A stretch of 37,071 nt of DNA from Nemertoderma westbladi (taxonomy: Eukaryota; Animalia; Xenacoelomorpha): the NCBI GenBank assembly GCA_032718475.1, contig JAUCBJ010008022.1, positions 1 to 37,071 on the forward strand, read 5' to 3'. A program made the position numbers and the translations under genes. Below are positions 1 to 12,937 of this stretch, piece after piece; position 1 is the first letter of the stretch; each line of letters opens with the position of its first letter. The notes beneath the pieces are model-generated. The model was not told the DNA's origin. It made no database searches and saw only the letters and a program-made list of their open reading frames with translations.

Positions 1-707
1 TGAGGTTGTTGAAACAGTTGTTTCTCCAATCGCTCCATAGAGCTGAAGAATCTCTGTACATATCCTGCTGCCGACTTCTTCCAAATAACCGGATCCCTAG
101 TGTACCTTCTCACTCCCATCCTGTATAAGTCCTCCCAGGCAGCTTCCGATAAGTCAAACGGGAGTCCGAGTCTGGGGAAATTCCATCGCGTCTCGACAAT
201 ATACTTCAGTTCCTCCTTCGTGTATCCCGCATAACTGTCCTTGGTCGATCGCTTACTTCTCTCCCAATCGATTCGGTGTTCCTCCACCGCAATCAATACT
301 CTAGTGAGTACGGCTGCAGAAAGAATGGGAAGGGGATCCGAATAAACCGCATCTGCCATCTTTGCTCCGCGCTCGGGTGTCAGATCTACAGTATCCGAAC
401 TACTGGAGCTGTCGGGCCGCTGAGGAATAAGTTCTCGGCTCGAGTGTTGCTGCTGTTTAACAACTGCTTCCTGATCCCGCTTGACTTGAGCCCTAGTGCC
501 TATGATAGACCTATGGTGCTCTACTAGCCTAGGGTCTGACACTACTACTGTAGGGATGACCTTTCTTACAATAGGAGGAGACTTGGACTTTGGTCTGGGA
601 TGTTCTATACTTTGATCTGGGTCACAGATCTTTTTAAGACACTGTCTAACAGTCATTCTAACACTTTCTAAGAGACTATCTGACAGTGATTGGGTTGTGT
701 CAGACAT
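1..707 (-). CDS. Unidentified ORF, >=235 aa, open at the window edge (possibly transposon- or virus-derived)
   Basis: Manual translation from ATG at 707-705 (context atcATGt): MSDTTQSLSDSLLESVRMTVRQCLKKICDPDQ...YIVETRWNFPRLGLPFDLSEAAWEDLYRMGVRRYTRDPVIWKKSAAGYVQRFFSSMERLEKQLFQQP. No stop before position 1, and GC is higher than in the flanks. No family recognised. Confidence 0.45.
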   Translation of the reverse strand, partial: MSDTTQSLSDSLLESVRMTVRQCLKKICDPDQSIEHPRPKSKSPPIVRKVIPTVVVSDPRLVEHHRSIIGTRAQVKRDQEAVVKQQQHSSRELIPQRPDSSSSSDTVDLTPERGAKMADAVYSDPLPILSAAVLTRVLIAVEEHRIDWERSKRSTKDSYAGYTKEELKYIVETRWNFPRLGLPFDLSEAAWEDLYRMGVRRYTRDPVIWKKSAAGYVQRFFSSMERLEKQLFQQP

Positions 708-844
708 GATTTACTTTACAGTTGAATGCCTACTACTATAATGACAGTTAAAGCAAGTCTAGTAATTCAGTATCAACTGTTAGCCTAGTAATCAATTACC
801 GATATCGTTACTCAGTGTAACGTGATATATATACACAATATATT

Positions 845-1102
845 AGAATACCGGTATACACTTATAGTATATATATAAGTATTATTACAGACTAGGTTTG
901 TCACAGAATACCGGTATATAATTTCAGCACAAATATATATAAAGATATAATAGGCCTATCGTGAATACCGGTATACAGCTTACACTTATAATGTATATAT
1001 ATAAGTATAATTACAGACTAGAATTAATTACAGAATACCGGTATATAATTTAGCCTAAATTTATAGAAATAAATATAATAAGCCTATTGTAAATACCGGT
1101 AT
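845..1102. repeat. Degenerate tandem repeat: about two copies of a ~126-bp unit made of ~60-bp subunits
   Basis: AATACCGGTAT recurs at about 847, 907, 964, 1034 and 1092. Blocks ~861-973 and ~986-1102 align. Confidence 0.75.
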
Positions 1103-4100
1103 GTCAATTATTTTAAAATAATTGAATTTCTGAATTTTAGGGGTTACTTGGATACTTTGTTTTACTTGATTACCGTTATTTAAGCAGTAGTCCAACTGAT
1201 ATTGAGACCTAATTGTTGTATGGCAGGACTACTATTTATAAATCGTTTGAGTTGATTTATAATATATATATACCCGTTAAAATGGGTTTTTGTCAATATT
1301 TGAAATAAATGTTATTATTTCTGGGAAAGAGTCACCAGACAGAAGCTGTGCGCTCTCAGTGAAGTGCTACTTGTTGGACACTAAAACAAATAATTCTAAT
1401 TTACCTAAGTTACTTAATACTACAAATTACATACAATTCGGGGTGAGATTACAATCTCTAAATAAACACAAAAATTACACGTACGAATTTTTAGGGTAAT
1501 TTTACAAGAAGTCTACAAAGCAGCCTAACAAAGGGTTAGATTATCTGGTTATTACAACGGACAGAGTACTACGGTATTTGAAAATAACTAAGCAGTAGTA
1601 AATATACTGCGTTGTCCAGATAGGAAAAATACCACCGTCTGACGACTATTAGCCGTATCGCTATAAGTACTACGTTATGTATCACGGAGTGTTCCTACCT
1701 AGAAGTTAATTACCACGGTCTACCAGAACCAACGTGCCTATTAACCACTTTACAACACAAATATACTGCCTACACACTAATTACCTTCGGGAAGCACTGT
1801 ACACTAAACCCTAAATTAGGTACAAGTACTTATACAACAAATAATCAGTAGTTAAAATACTTGAACAGCTAAAAGAACCACGGTATCTGCTGGAGTGACC
1901 GGGGCACAAAATCACCAGTCTTTACCTACGCCAAGCAGCCCTGATGTAGTACCGGGGTTAATTTAACTATAACGGTATATATAACAAGCACAATTACTGT
2001 AGGAATAAACTTGGGGTATGAATGTTGCGAATAATCGCATAAACTCTGAATAATAAATATTACGCTACCCGTACAAACTACTCAAACAAAATACAAACCA
2101 AACGCTGGCAGACTAATATCAAGCCTAAATAAACTACAGTATGTGCAGACTCCGAAATGGTTAGTTAGTATGCGTTCTAACCGAGTAGTACGACTTTTTC
2201 TTTCGGGGGGGGGGGGGGGGGATTTACCTTACAGTACTGGATGCCCCTACTTTCCTAACCGGCACTTTATCGGACATACACTCCACACACACTACAATCT
2301 CTTCAGACCTAACAACAGCCAGACAACAGTCCAGCCTACAAATTATCTGTACGATCTGAGCAGGCTTATACGTCTTCTGCTCAATATTAACCTACAAATA
2401 AATAAAACCTGACAGAAATAAGTAAACCATGCAAAGGAATAAGGGGTGATCAATCCCTAATCCCCTAACAGCCTACAATATACAATATATCACAATCGAG
2501 ATAATACTGATGTACCTATACTGCTGTAAGTACCGGTTCCGGTGGTTAGGTAGTTAGGCCTACAGGTTACCGGTCGACCGGTACTTCAGCTTTATTGCTT
2601 ACTGCAATAAAGAAGCAATAACTGTTACTGTTCTTACCAGAACAATAGTAAACTGTATTTATTGCCTACACTGCAATCAGAGTTTATAACTGTTATTGTT
2701 CGCGCTTTTAGACCTTTAGCAGTTTAACCCGCTAATTTTAGGTGTCTTTTAGTTTGTAAATCGACTTTAGCCTACGACGAGTATTTGATACACTACATTA
2801 GCCGAAGCCAGCCTATGCGCGATCATTCACCCGCTGGATATACCCGGGAGACTGGATTCGGGGGCTCTGACCTTATTGCGGTGTAGGCCTACTGTATTAT
2901 TCGATTGATCGTTAATATATAATCTCTGACAATATTATTCACTTTCGGGAAATATTAACAGTTCCTTTAGGACGTGGCGCTCTAAATATATAAACAGAGC
3001 TATGACTTACACTAAACACAACGGGATGGCTTATGATTCACGTATAAGGCGCATTCTTTAGGAGATGCTTTGTTATCTGTCCCAATCATGCACACTACCG
3101 GTACCGCACAATACTGCACACTGATCTGCCGACCTTTACTAATTTTAGTCACATATAAAGAGAATAGCAATTGACCCATGTAGTGCCTATGAAATAGCAT
3201 TAGATTCACTCCAAAACCAATATCATATAAGTCGCAATTGCTATATGTAACCGGTCTCTTACCTTCAGTATATCAAGAAGATGGGGTTTTATAATTATTT
3301 ATCGATATTATCCAAATATAACGATATTCCATCAACAGATACAATTAATAACCGACAGTAAATAGCAGTAAAATAATGCGGTGTGTATATAATGCAGTTG
3401 ACAGGCAGGATAACAGTTATACGTTCCGGTAATCAAAGCCGTTCTAATGTTTTGGCTAAAGTCTGAAACAGAATAATTCCATAGCCGATGTTCATGGCAT
3501 CAGGAAAACCAACACACTGAAACCTGTGGGCCGTTGTAGGCAGCTTTCAACACAAAGAGAAATAGCTCTCATTGGCAGAACTCCAGATTCTATAGTTTCC
3601 ACGAACGTCTAAATGCCAAACCTCCCTAGCCTTTGCAGCCCATAGCCAACACAAGGCTAAATCGCTCTGATTGGTCGATCATTGTTCTGATTGGTTAATC
3701 GAACAGAACAAAGAGGCCATACGTACAGCAAATTGGCCAATCAGCCAGCAGAATGCATCACTCGAGCAAGGCAGTTTTAGAGTATTTGAGCGCATTGAGG
3801 GAAAACTGGATTGCGGAGAAAAAGGGCCAGTTACATCCCGCAAAAGCTTTTACAATAGCAATTTCAACATGACTTTTAATGGAAATTAATTTTAGTATAA
3901 TTAATTATACTTAAAATTATACAGCTATAATCCCCATATATAGTTTTTATTTAATTAGTTCAAGAGATTTGCTTTAAGAAATGTGTTTTTAATTGATCTA
4001 AACGTAATTAAGTTATTAAAATACCCCGTCAGCCGTCACTCTACACTAGGTCCCTTATTCCAAGGTATGCTTGCTGACTAGCCTAAACTAATAAGAGAGC

Positions 4101-4489
4101 TTAAACCTTGCTTCTTGTATACCATTTCCCACAATATCATCAAAAAATATTGGTGATCTTAAGGGTTCCGATAAAATACATCTAAAAAGCCAGCAAGCTG
4201 GCTATAAGAAGACCGTCTATAACTGTATAAGACAACAAAACCGAAAAAACTAAATCATAAATCCGTTTCTGTGTTAGTCCGAAGCGAAAAGAGGAACAAA
4301 TACTTAATACAATATCCATTCCCGGCATCACTATGAAGCAACCAATTTAATAAAGCATATAATATGCAAGTATCCTCACTAGAACGCCAATAAGCTGGCT
4401 TTAAATTTGTAATTTTATTTAACATTACATTATTATATCAAAATTGAAAGATAAATTATACTTCAAACAAACATACAAACTTTAATTTA

Positions 4490-5450
4490 TTTTTTTTAAT
4501 AGTCAGTAAAAATTCGAGTTAACAGCGATCACAAATATAAGTACAAATATAAGTCACAAATATATCACTCCATCCCCCGCCTCACTGATGGTGCCAAGGA
4601 TGGATGCCGCATTACCCATCTGGATTGCGACCAGCAACCTCTGCAGGAGGACCAAGTGGGAGCGAGGCTCTTTGGTTGAGTCTCTCAGGCTCGACCCTAT
4701 CTCTGACAGGAACTCTTCTGTTTCAGGTTCTGCCCGGCCCATCGTTTCAAAGGCTACTGGATGGAACAGGTAGCCTCTGTCCATCAGTTCACCATACTTA
4801 TTGTTCTTCCGGACCTCCGCTTCCCCGGCTGCGCTTCCTCCACCAGAAGAGAGTGTACGCGATGTATGGCTGGCTGCCAGGGGGTCCACCACAGTTGCGT
4901 CCCATGTTAGTGTTCTTCCTCTGGACCAGGGCACTAGGGTGACTCCATCGACTCGTTTGCCATCAATGCGGCACAGACCCGGGGGCTCCAGCATGGTGGG
5001 GATGTCACAGGTAGTGAGAGCCCGCTTTACAATTTCATTAATCATGGTGTGCCTGGGAAAACGTCCAGCGCTCCGTTGGCAGTAAAGGCCATGTAGCCCA
5101 TTAGCTGCAACGGGAGACCAACAATGGCTGCAGGGGTGAGGCTCAGTTACACGACAGCCAAGTCGGATGGTCATGGCAATCCGGAACTGTGTATCACTAA
5201 GCTTCAGCCCAAGGCCTGCGAAGGTATGACATCAAGCCAGCAGCCGGAGATTGGGTTGGAGACATTGTTGAGCCTGGCTCTGTCTGAGGGTGATGCCTCT
5301 TCACGGAGGGCTTCCAAGCTAGCCTCATGCACCTCTGTTATCAATGTGTGCTGTCCTGTGGCGGTTGATGGTGATGTATTGGCTGGTAGCTGGGCCAGGC
5401 GATATCTGGTGGCGAGATCAACAAGTTCGTCGGAGTTGGGAGTCACTTGA
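4490..5450 (-). mobile_element. 5'-truncated CRE-like non-LTR retrotransposon (restriction-like endonuclease type), 3' end
   Basis: ORFs 5446-5204 and 5174-4554 join across a 1-nt frameshift near 5205-5215 (ARLNNVS..SGCWLDVIPS / LKLSDTQFRIAMTIRLG). CCHC finger CSHC..HGLYC, RH motif, REL endonuclease motifs LEPPGL..DGKRVDG..TWDATV..EVRKNNKY, and terminal AIQMGNAASILG. A-rich tail with ATTAAA near 4490-4500. Confidence 0.85.
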
Positions 5451-5829
5451 GTTGTAACAAATAAGCGGTCTGAAAGAGAAAAAAAAGGTGGAAGAGCTTA
5501 CATGCGTAACTCATCTCTGAATCAGAGCACTGAAATCCTTCCTCTGAAAGAAGGATACGTTTCCCAGGGATGAGGTAGCTTGGCTCCCCGTCATTTTTGG
5601 TGAAGAAGAAGAATGTGTTCTGGCATTCAGTTCCCTGATTGGCTTGAGCTACAAACATGTATAGGCCTACTATACAACAAGAATAATACTACAATCCTTA
5701 CTTGGCACTAATGAGCACCAGCAGCTGGTGTTTCTATCATTGAGTCTATGGCAATTTTCGTGTTTTGGGACTATTTTTCGAAATAAAAAAGACACTTTAA
5801 TAAATTTTTCAAAACTTTTTTCCACATCC

Positions 5830-5975
5830 AGGGGGTGAGATGCGTCGATTGATATAACTTTCATTGACGGACGAGCTGTAGCTTCGGAGGAGTTCACCCG
5901 ATAAACATATATACATAGATAGATAGTAGATAGTGAATACTTTTACAGTAAGAAGTCCTAACGGTCTTCTAATAA
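5830..5975 (+). mobile_element. Possible non-autonomous Helitron/Helentron-like end
   Basis: (GATA)-type microsatellite followed by a short hairpin AGAAGTCC-TAAC-GGTCTTCT. Architecture only; no coding evidence. Confidence 0.25.
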
Positions 5976-8440
5976 TAGTCTTCCATAAAAGAACATAAAA
6001 TTCATTATTGTCTGACTTGTTATTAAAATTGCACAGTTAATGAACACGTCGGAATATTTGGCATTGTGCATTTTTTTACTCAGAAATTTTTCGGAGAGTA
6101 TAATGATTTATTAATTGGTAGAGATTAAGCTAAGACACATTAACAATGCACGTTTACATTTAGCTCAAATACCCAATACCTGTAATATGTTACAAATAGT
6201 CATATCTACCTTAGCTTCATCACTTCATTGGCTGCAGCTAGGGGGCTCTAGAATTTAATATGTTAAGTTGAAACTTATCCAAAAAAGGTTTATGTCATCT
6301 ATGTTATCTAAAAAAGTTTGTGCAATTGTCACACAGATAAACAACCGCATTTATTTAATAAACATGAAAACAAATGTTTTGTTTATATTAAGTTATTAAT
6401 GTTACCGATTTATAATAAAGTTACGATTATATTAGATTCTAAAACAATATTGGAATAACTAAATAATAACACAAATATTATATACCAATTATGTTTTGTT
6501 ACTAAAGGAAAAACGTTACATATTATTCTGCTTTCATTATAATCTTTATAGTTACATACTAAACAAACTTACACCAGTTTATAAACAATAAACAACACCC
6601 CGTATAATATAAATTGAAGGAAAATCCTCGACTAACTAACATTCTGCAAATAGAAAAAACATACAACAAAAACACCACATGCGAATACCCCATGATGCAA
6701 TGTAAAAAAATAATAACTCATTTACCGTAGTCGCGCCATTGCGTAATATATGACGTCACATTATCTCTAGGTTACAATTATTAGCTAACATACGTAATAA
6801 GTGGCATAGGAAAGCCAAGAAGCAAAAACACCTTACTGACTGCCGAGTTGTTGTTTCAATTAATTATCATGTCAGTTAAATAATACCAATACGATATTCA
6901 CGGTATATATATATATTACATAGGCCTACAACTCTGCCGTGCAATGTGAAAAGACAAATCACAAAAAGTCATTTCTAGTAAAACGCAAATTACTGTTTTC
7001 CTTCAGATTGTTGGTTAAAATGTCCGTAAATTACAAATTTTTTATAAACCTACGCAATTCGTGGTGGGAAATTTTTCTACGTGATTATTTTTCGCTTTCC
7101 ATTAATATTTTGACTTCAGGGTTATTTTTTGTACTTACGCTGTTTTTGCAATGTCTGCATGTAAATACATTCATTCGATGCAATGCAAAAACAAATGTCA
7201 CAATGACAAAACACCTCAAGTCAGTCAGTTGGGGTGTTTTTGCATTGTATAAATTTAATGTATATATTGGGGGGGGGGGGGGGGGGGGGGGGGGCAACCC
7301 TCCTGCGGTTTTTAATTTGTAAATTGCACGGCAGAACTGTGTGTTGCATATCAAGTTTTGGTGTGTGTCAGTAGCCACCGTCAGTTGGCTGCATCCAACA
7401 GCCAACCAAAAGCTATTATGTCACGTACGAACACACAGACAGACATACAGTTAATATAATATATAGACATTAGTATATAAAATTAGTCTTATTATTTATA
7501 CACTAAAATACTATATTATAATATGTACAGTTTACAGCTAAAAATAGAATATTTCCTAATAATTGCAAACGTATTATATTGTAGCACAAGGATGTAATAA
7601 AGTACTACAAACTAAACATCCGGTACAAATATAGTAAACCGACAATGATTGCACTAAAAGGTGTTTTACTAACAAAAGAATTTGTAACGTCAACAAAAAA
7701 TATACACAAAGCGCGGGGAATTCGAATCACAAAATAAATCAACTGTGCTGGAGGGAGTTGGGGCTAATTAACTGATAGATTAAAGATTGTCGATGCACCT
7801 TTAATATCACATTGGCTGCCCTTCCTACGTTTGTTTACCTTAAATATTTCGACAGAGTTTAGACTCAAACCTATTGATATTGTTTGTTAACATAAATAAC
7901 TATATTTATTCGAAGGTTAAGTTTTACATGATATATTAACACCGTTATATAAATATCCCTTTGCGAAGACACGAATCCATACAATGTAAATGTAAATTAG
8001 GGTCAAATAATATTTTATACCAAATAAGGGATAAGGAAAAGTGAAAAGTAATTCCTAAAATTCACATATTTTAGATTTTCACCTCAAATTTTATAGCTAT
8101 TGAACATCCTTGATTATTTGGGCTGATGAACTTTCGAACTTTCAAGCGAAGGGAAATAACATGCAACGAAATAACAAATGGCGGTGTATAAAGTGAATAA
8201 AAAATACTTTTTAGAAGGAAATTCATCTATAAATTATTAACTTAAAGGGAAGTTTGAGAGTAATTAATAATATTTAGCACAACTGGATAAGTTTATAAAT
8301 AGAGGACATTATATTCGTACCTGCTGGATCAGTGTTACTAGATGCACTCAGTTGATGGTAATAAGAGAGTTCACTCATATTCTGAGTTGTGAATGAACTT
8401 ATGTTAACGGAGAGTGCACTCGCTTAATATAACAGCTGAT

Positions 8441-9066
8441 AGTGCACTCAATTAGGTTAACAGATATAGTGAACTCAGTGCACTCAATTAGGTTAACAGA
8501 TATAGTGAACTCAGTGCACTCAATTAGGTTAACAGATATAGTGAACTCAGTGCACTCAATTAGGTTAACAGATATAGTGAACTCAGTGCACTCAATTAGG
8601 TTAACAGATATAGTGAACTCAGTACACTCAATTAGGTTAACAGATATAGTGAACTCAGTGCACTCAATTAGGTTAACAGATATAGTGAACTCAGTGCACT
8701 CAATTAGGTTAACAGATATAGTGAACTCAGTGCACTCAATTAGGTTAACAGATATAGTGAACTCAGTGCACTCAATTAGGTTAACAGATATAGTGAACTC
8801 AGTACACTCAATTAGGTTAACAGATATAGTGAACTCAGTGCACTCAATTAGGTTAACAGATATAGTGAACTCAGTGCACTCAATTAGGTTAACAGATATA
8901 GTGAACTCAGTGCACTCAATTAGGTTAACAGATATAGTGAACTCAGTGCACTCAATTAGGTTAACAGATATAGTGAACTCAGTGCACTCAATTAGGTTAA
9001 CAGATATAGTGAACTCAGTGCACTCAATTAGGTTAACAGATATAGTGAACTCAGTGCACTCAATTA
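8441..9066. repeat. 36-bp minisatellite, about 17.4 near-identical copies
   Basis: Unit AGTGCACTCAATTAGGTTAACAGATATAGTGAACTC, head-to-tail without spacers. The only variant seen (G>A, agtAcactca) is in the units starting at 8621 and 8801. Confidence 0.98.
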
Positions 9067-9875
9067 CGCTTCAGACAATTAAATGGAGCGATGTGGTCAC
9101 TCGATAAATCGTTAAAAGCACCAATATGAATGAATTAGAGATAAACAATAGAAAATTAAATGAAACGTAAAACAAAAAATAGCACCCGAAATATAAGATG
9201 TCATTCTAATAAATACTGCACCAGTATAATCAATCAATCGGGTAGCTAAGTGAAACAAACCGTGGAATAATGCCCAAAGACAAAAAGTACAACTTTATAG
9301 CAAACACTACTATAGTATTTACCCAATCGAAGGAAGCGATCTTAAGTGATTCCACGATTTGTTTGAATTATTATAATGGTAAAGCATATTGGAGAACTAG
9401 CGTATCTCATAGATCTCGTACTCTTACACAGCACAGCTGAATGTTAAATAATTTATCTAGTAAATGAGTTATATCAGTACGACAGTAACGTATAACATCG
9501 CTATATGTACAATGTACAGTACAGTACCGGTATCCATTAGCTGATATTGACCAATCGCAACACGTCTTAACCGCCTGGAGTCAATCGATTGGCTAAACGG
9601 TGGAATTTATCAGACCAATCCCGGCGTCGATATCCATATCGGCCAGCCAATCATTATTAGAGGCATCACGGGGACAGAGCATGTGGTGTGTCAAGGGATA
9701 TATAATTGAACAAGGATCATAAATATAATCTACAGATTTAGTTAGTAGGTGTCTTAAATCGGCAACAGTCTATACATGTCAGAGTTGTTAACAGCGTGAT
9801 CAACTACTTCTGCAAAATAAACAACAAAATGAAACAATACAGGATATAATAATTTTGAATGATAGTAGTAATACT

Positions 9876-10078
9876 TTGCATGGCTTTGTGACAGTTGGGA
9901 CACCCCCTAATTATACCCCAATTAACAGGTGTCATCAATTAATTAGTACAATTAAACCCTAATAGGTATCTTATAACATCTCATTAGGGTTTAATTGATT
10001 ATCCTAATTAATCAGACCGATTAGCGCCCTGAAACCCAATGGTTATCAGTATTGACCAACTGTCACAAAGCCGTGCAA
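9876..10078. mobile_element. ~200-bp fold-back / MITE-like element
   Basis: 23-bp terminal inverted repeats with one mismatch (TTGCATGGCTTTGTGACAGTTGG 9876-9898; CCAACTGTCACAAAGCCGTGCAA 10056-10078) and an internal stem CAATTAAACCCTAAT...ATTAGGGTTTAATTG. Confidence 0.7.
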
Positions 10079-10235
10079 GGGGTGTCATAAGTGACACCTC
10101 TTCCCTTTTATTTATTGGTATTTATTTATTTATATTTATTTGTATTTAATTAATTGTATTACTTTATTTAATTTATAAATTGATTTCTATTTTTAGATTA
10201 ACCAATAACTCGTTTTATTTATCCATACTTCCCGA

Positions 10236-10560
10236 ATGACATCACTGATGATGTCATCGGTTGCGCCACCCTGGTTGCCGCTTAATCAATTGAGCAAGTT
10301 TACAGCTCGCCCCATATCTCGCCCCAGGGTATACAGGTCCCATTCTAGTAAATAATTACTCTGTTGCGGCTCTCCTTTGATGATGTCATCACTGGCACCA
10401 CATTGGCTGCCATTGAAAACATAGGCAAGCTACAACTCACCTCATATGATGTCATCAATGTTGCTTCCTCATTGGTTTGTTTAAATAAAGTTAACGTTCC
10501 TCCACTCATGTTCTCATTGGCTATTCCAAATTAGGCTTTCTATAATCCCCCCTATAATAG
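10236..10560 (+). promoter_or_regulatory. Promoter-like cluster (repeated TGATGTCATC, ATTGG boxes, TATAA)
   Basis: TGATGTCATC near 10248, 10381 and 10447, several ATTGG (inverted CCAAT), TATAAT near 10541 and 10553, then ATG at 10653. Motif inference only. Confidence 0.3.
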
Positions 10561-10652
10561 CTCTCTGTTTACCACATTCCCTTTGATTGTCTAATTTTTA
10601 TTGTTAAAAAGTTTTAAATATTCTTCTTAAAAGTATTTATTTATTTCCTAAA

Positions 10653-11505
10653 ATGAGTTACCACAAATGGAGATCAGCTATTCAAACAATGAGTTGGTCT
10701 GCAGCGAGAATAAGTTTACGCTAGTGCGTACAACTCGTTTGGCTTCTATGTCGACCCCTTGAACAAACTCTTTCCATTAACGATAAATACAACCTTAAAT
10801 CAGCCCGTTCCAATTCTGGCAAACTACGCTCACTTTATATTCCGCGCCTGCTACGAACTACACGATGGACACCACCAAACTCTCGATAATAAAAAAAACG
10901 TCATTCCTCCAACCACAGTCTCAAACTTCAAAAAAGGAGAACAAAATAACATTTAATCAAATAACTACTTCGCCCGAGACATTTTCTTTGGATTCAATTA
11001 TAGAGTTGGCACCTAGTAGTAGCAGTGTTAACCCAGTGAAACCGCTCCATTTAATAAAGTTGGAAGACACTGTAAACGGTTGATGGATCACCTTTTCTGT
11101 CGCCTGCACCAATTTATTTCAGCATTATATAAACATCTGTCGCCCTTATATTGACCCCACTAGTCACTTTGTCTTAAAACCAGGCGATTAGGTTGCTTTT
11201 GACTATTGCAATTTTGGGTTTGTTACAAATATTCAGAAGGAGCGTAATTTAGCGATCACCAATGGTTATGAGGTTGATGATGGAAAGGCCATTGTTTCTA
11301 CTCGGGACACGAATCTACTTACACCAACCGAGGTCGCCGAATTGAAATGGTTCGATTCAACCATCGAGGACAGTGAATGTATCTGCTACGATGAACTTAG
11401 TGTCTACAAAGAAAACATTCCCGATCGGATAATGATTCGAAGTTGTAGCGGTTCAGAGCGCGATATACAAATACAGAGAGAAAAAATAAAGAATCCTTTG
11501 GTATA
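10653..11505 (+). pseudogene. Decayed coding region of unknown family
   Basis: The frame of ORF 10865-11083 continues past TGA (11081) and TAG (11189) as WITFSVACTNLFQHYINICRPY...ELKWFDSTIEDSECICYDELSVYKENIPDRIM to 11505. Upstream pieces lie in shifted frames. Confidence 0.35.
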
Positions 11506-11586
11506 GCTAACACGATTCAAGCTCGCGAAGCTCTGATCAAATTCAAGGCTATGGTAAAATCGAGTTATAAGATACAAGGGTCATAA

Positions 11587-12937
11587 GTCCTGCAGTATGA
11601 TCCAGTCCATGTCATTAAAAATATTAGAAATAGTTTAGAGAATGGAAAGGTGTTCAAGTTTCCTGAGTTCGACTTTTACCTATTTGATGATGTTCTACAT
11701 ATAGATGCTGGATCAGATGGAAAGATCTATTTGATGTTTATGACAGGGATTTCCAATTGGATGCTCATTTACGAATGGCACTGCGTTTAACTTATTATGC
11801 GATTCACCCGGGAAACAAAAAGCAGAATGTATCTCTGCCGTTGGCTATTTTTGATGAAAAGACATCGGCAGCACTTCGTTGGTATTATCCAAACCGATAC
11901 ACGGCGGCTCAATTTCTTCAACTAATTAACTGATGGTGACTTTATAAGCAATTCCAAAGCAGTGGTTCCATTCGGGAAATCGTCTTGGGAATGCGATAGT
12001 TCCATTCGATAATAAGGCTACCTTTCCGAGGGCGATGGCTAACTGGGTGGAAAATTGGACTGAATCCCGTGATGACGAATCTTGGCAGTGGCATTTCCTT
12101 AACTCCCCAAACCGCTAATGTTTTAACTCAAACGTGCCTATCAACGGCAGATCTTTGTGATTCATCTCCTCAATGAAGATTTTGATATGTCCTGTCTTCA
12201 AGACTGAACTCAGATCATTTGGAGCTTCGATATAGCCAGTATCACCAAATGAGTGGAGGTCGTTTTTTAGTGGGGCTCAGAAAGGTCAAGAATTCCGAAC
12301 GAATTATCGTCTTTATCACTTTAATCGATGCAAAAGATCGATTTTTGGGAAGAGGATTCTCTAAAACCTCAGCCGATTGACTTTTCTTCTCTGACTAATA
12401 CACTCCAAGAACACAGTAACGCAATATGTTTTTCAGAATTGTCGGTCAAGTCGATGGAGGTGGCAAAATATATTGCTGGATTTCTTGTTAAGAAACTGAA
12501 AAATTTGGAGAAAGAAACGTGCCACGTGTGCCCTCCCTGTATTCCCGCTCCAAGGGATCTCACAGATGGAAGACGAAGCACATCGTCCATCCTGCAGCAC
12601 CTATATAGATATCCCTAATCGAGGAGGTCTGCAGATCCCATCGCCTGAGATTACCGAGGCTGTTGGGGATTGTATTGCTCGGCTAAGTTACGTTGAAGGT
12701 ATTCTTCAAAGATCCGGGATTCCTATTCGAGCAGCAGCCATGTCCATGTTAAAGACCTACGGTATTTCATATTCAGTATTTTTTTGCGAGCTCCACAAGA
12801 AGAAGACTGATACTGTGTATCTTACTTTGGCCAATACCTTCTTCAATAATGCACAGCGTGTGATAACTGACGAAAGACGAGTTCAGAGTGTTGCTGCGTT
12901 CAAAGAGCGACCACGTAAGAAGACTGAGAATAAGTAA
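11587..12937 (+). pseudogene. Decayed P-element/THAP9-type DNA transposase (central and C-terminal part)
   Basis: Motifs across frameshifts and stops: YDPVHVIKNIRNS (DxxH..KNIRN), KQNVSLPLAIFDEKTSAA, RLNSDHLELRYSQYHQMSGGRFLVGL, YIAGFLVKK, NRGGLQIPS. No THAP N-terminus visible. Confidence 0.88.

Noticed and set aside
3560-3745. CCAAT-box cluster as a host gene promoter (also 9550-9655)
   Set aside because: No associated gene start visible; such clusters are common inside repeats.
4588-5450. Plus-strand ORFs over the CRE-like element
   Set aside because: Antisense shadows of a GC-richer coding strand.
6939-7405. ORFs with poly-Gly/poly-Pro (also 2143-2412 and 31318-31659)
   Set aside because: Translations of G/C homopolymer tracts with no other coding signal.
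8441-9066. CRISPR array (36-bp repeats) or a 221-aa repeat protein
   Set aside because: No spacers, no cas genes, eukaryotic context. The ORF starts at GTG and is open only because 36 is a multiple of 3.
9676-9685. Left TIR of the P-like element (AGAGCATGTG matching ~19449-19458)
   Set aside because: Only 10 bp, no 8-bp TSD, and unrelated sequence lies between.
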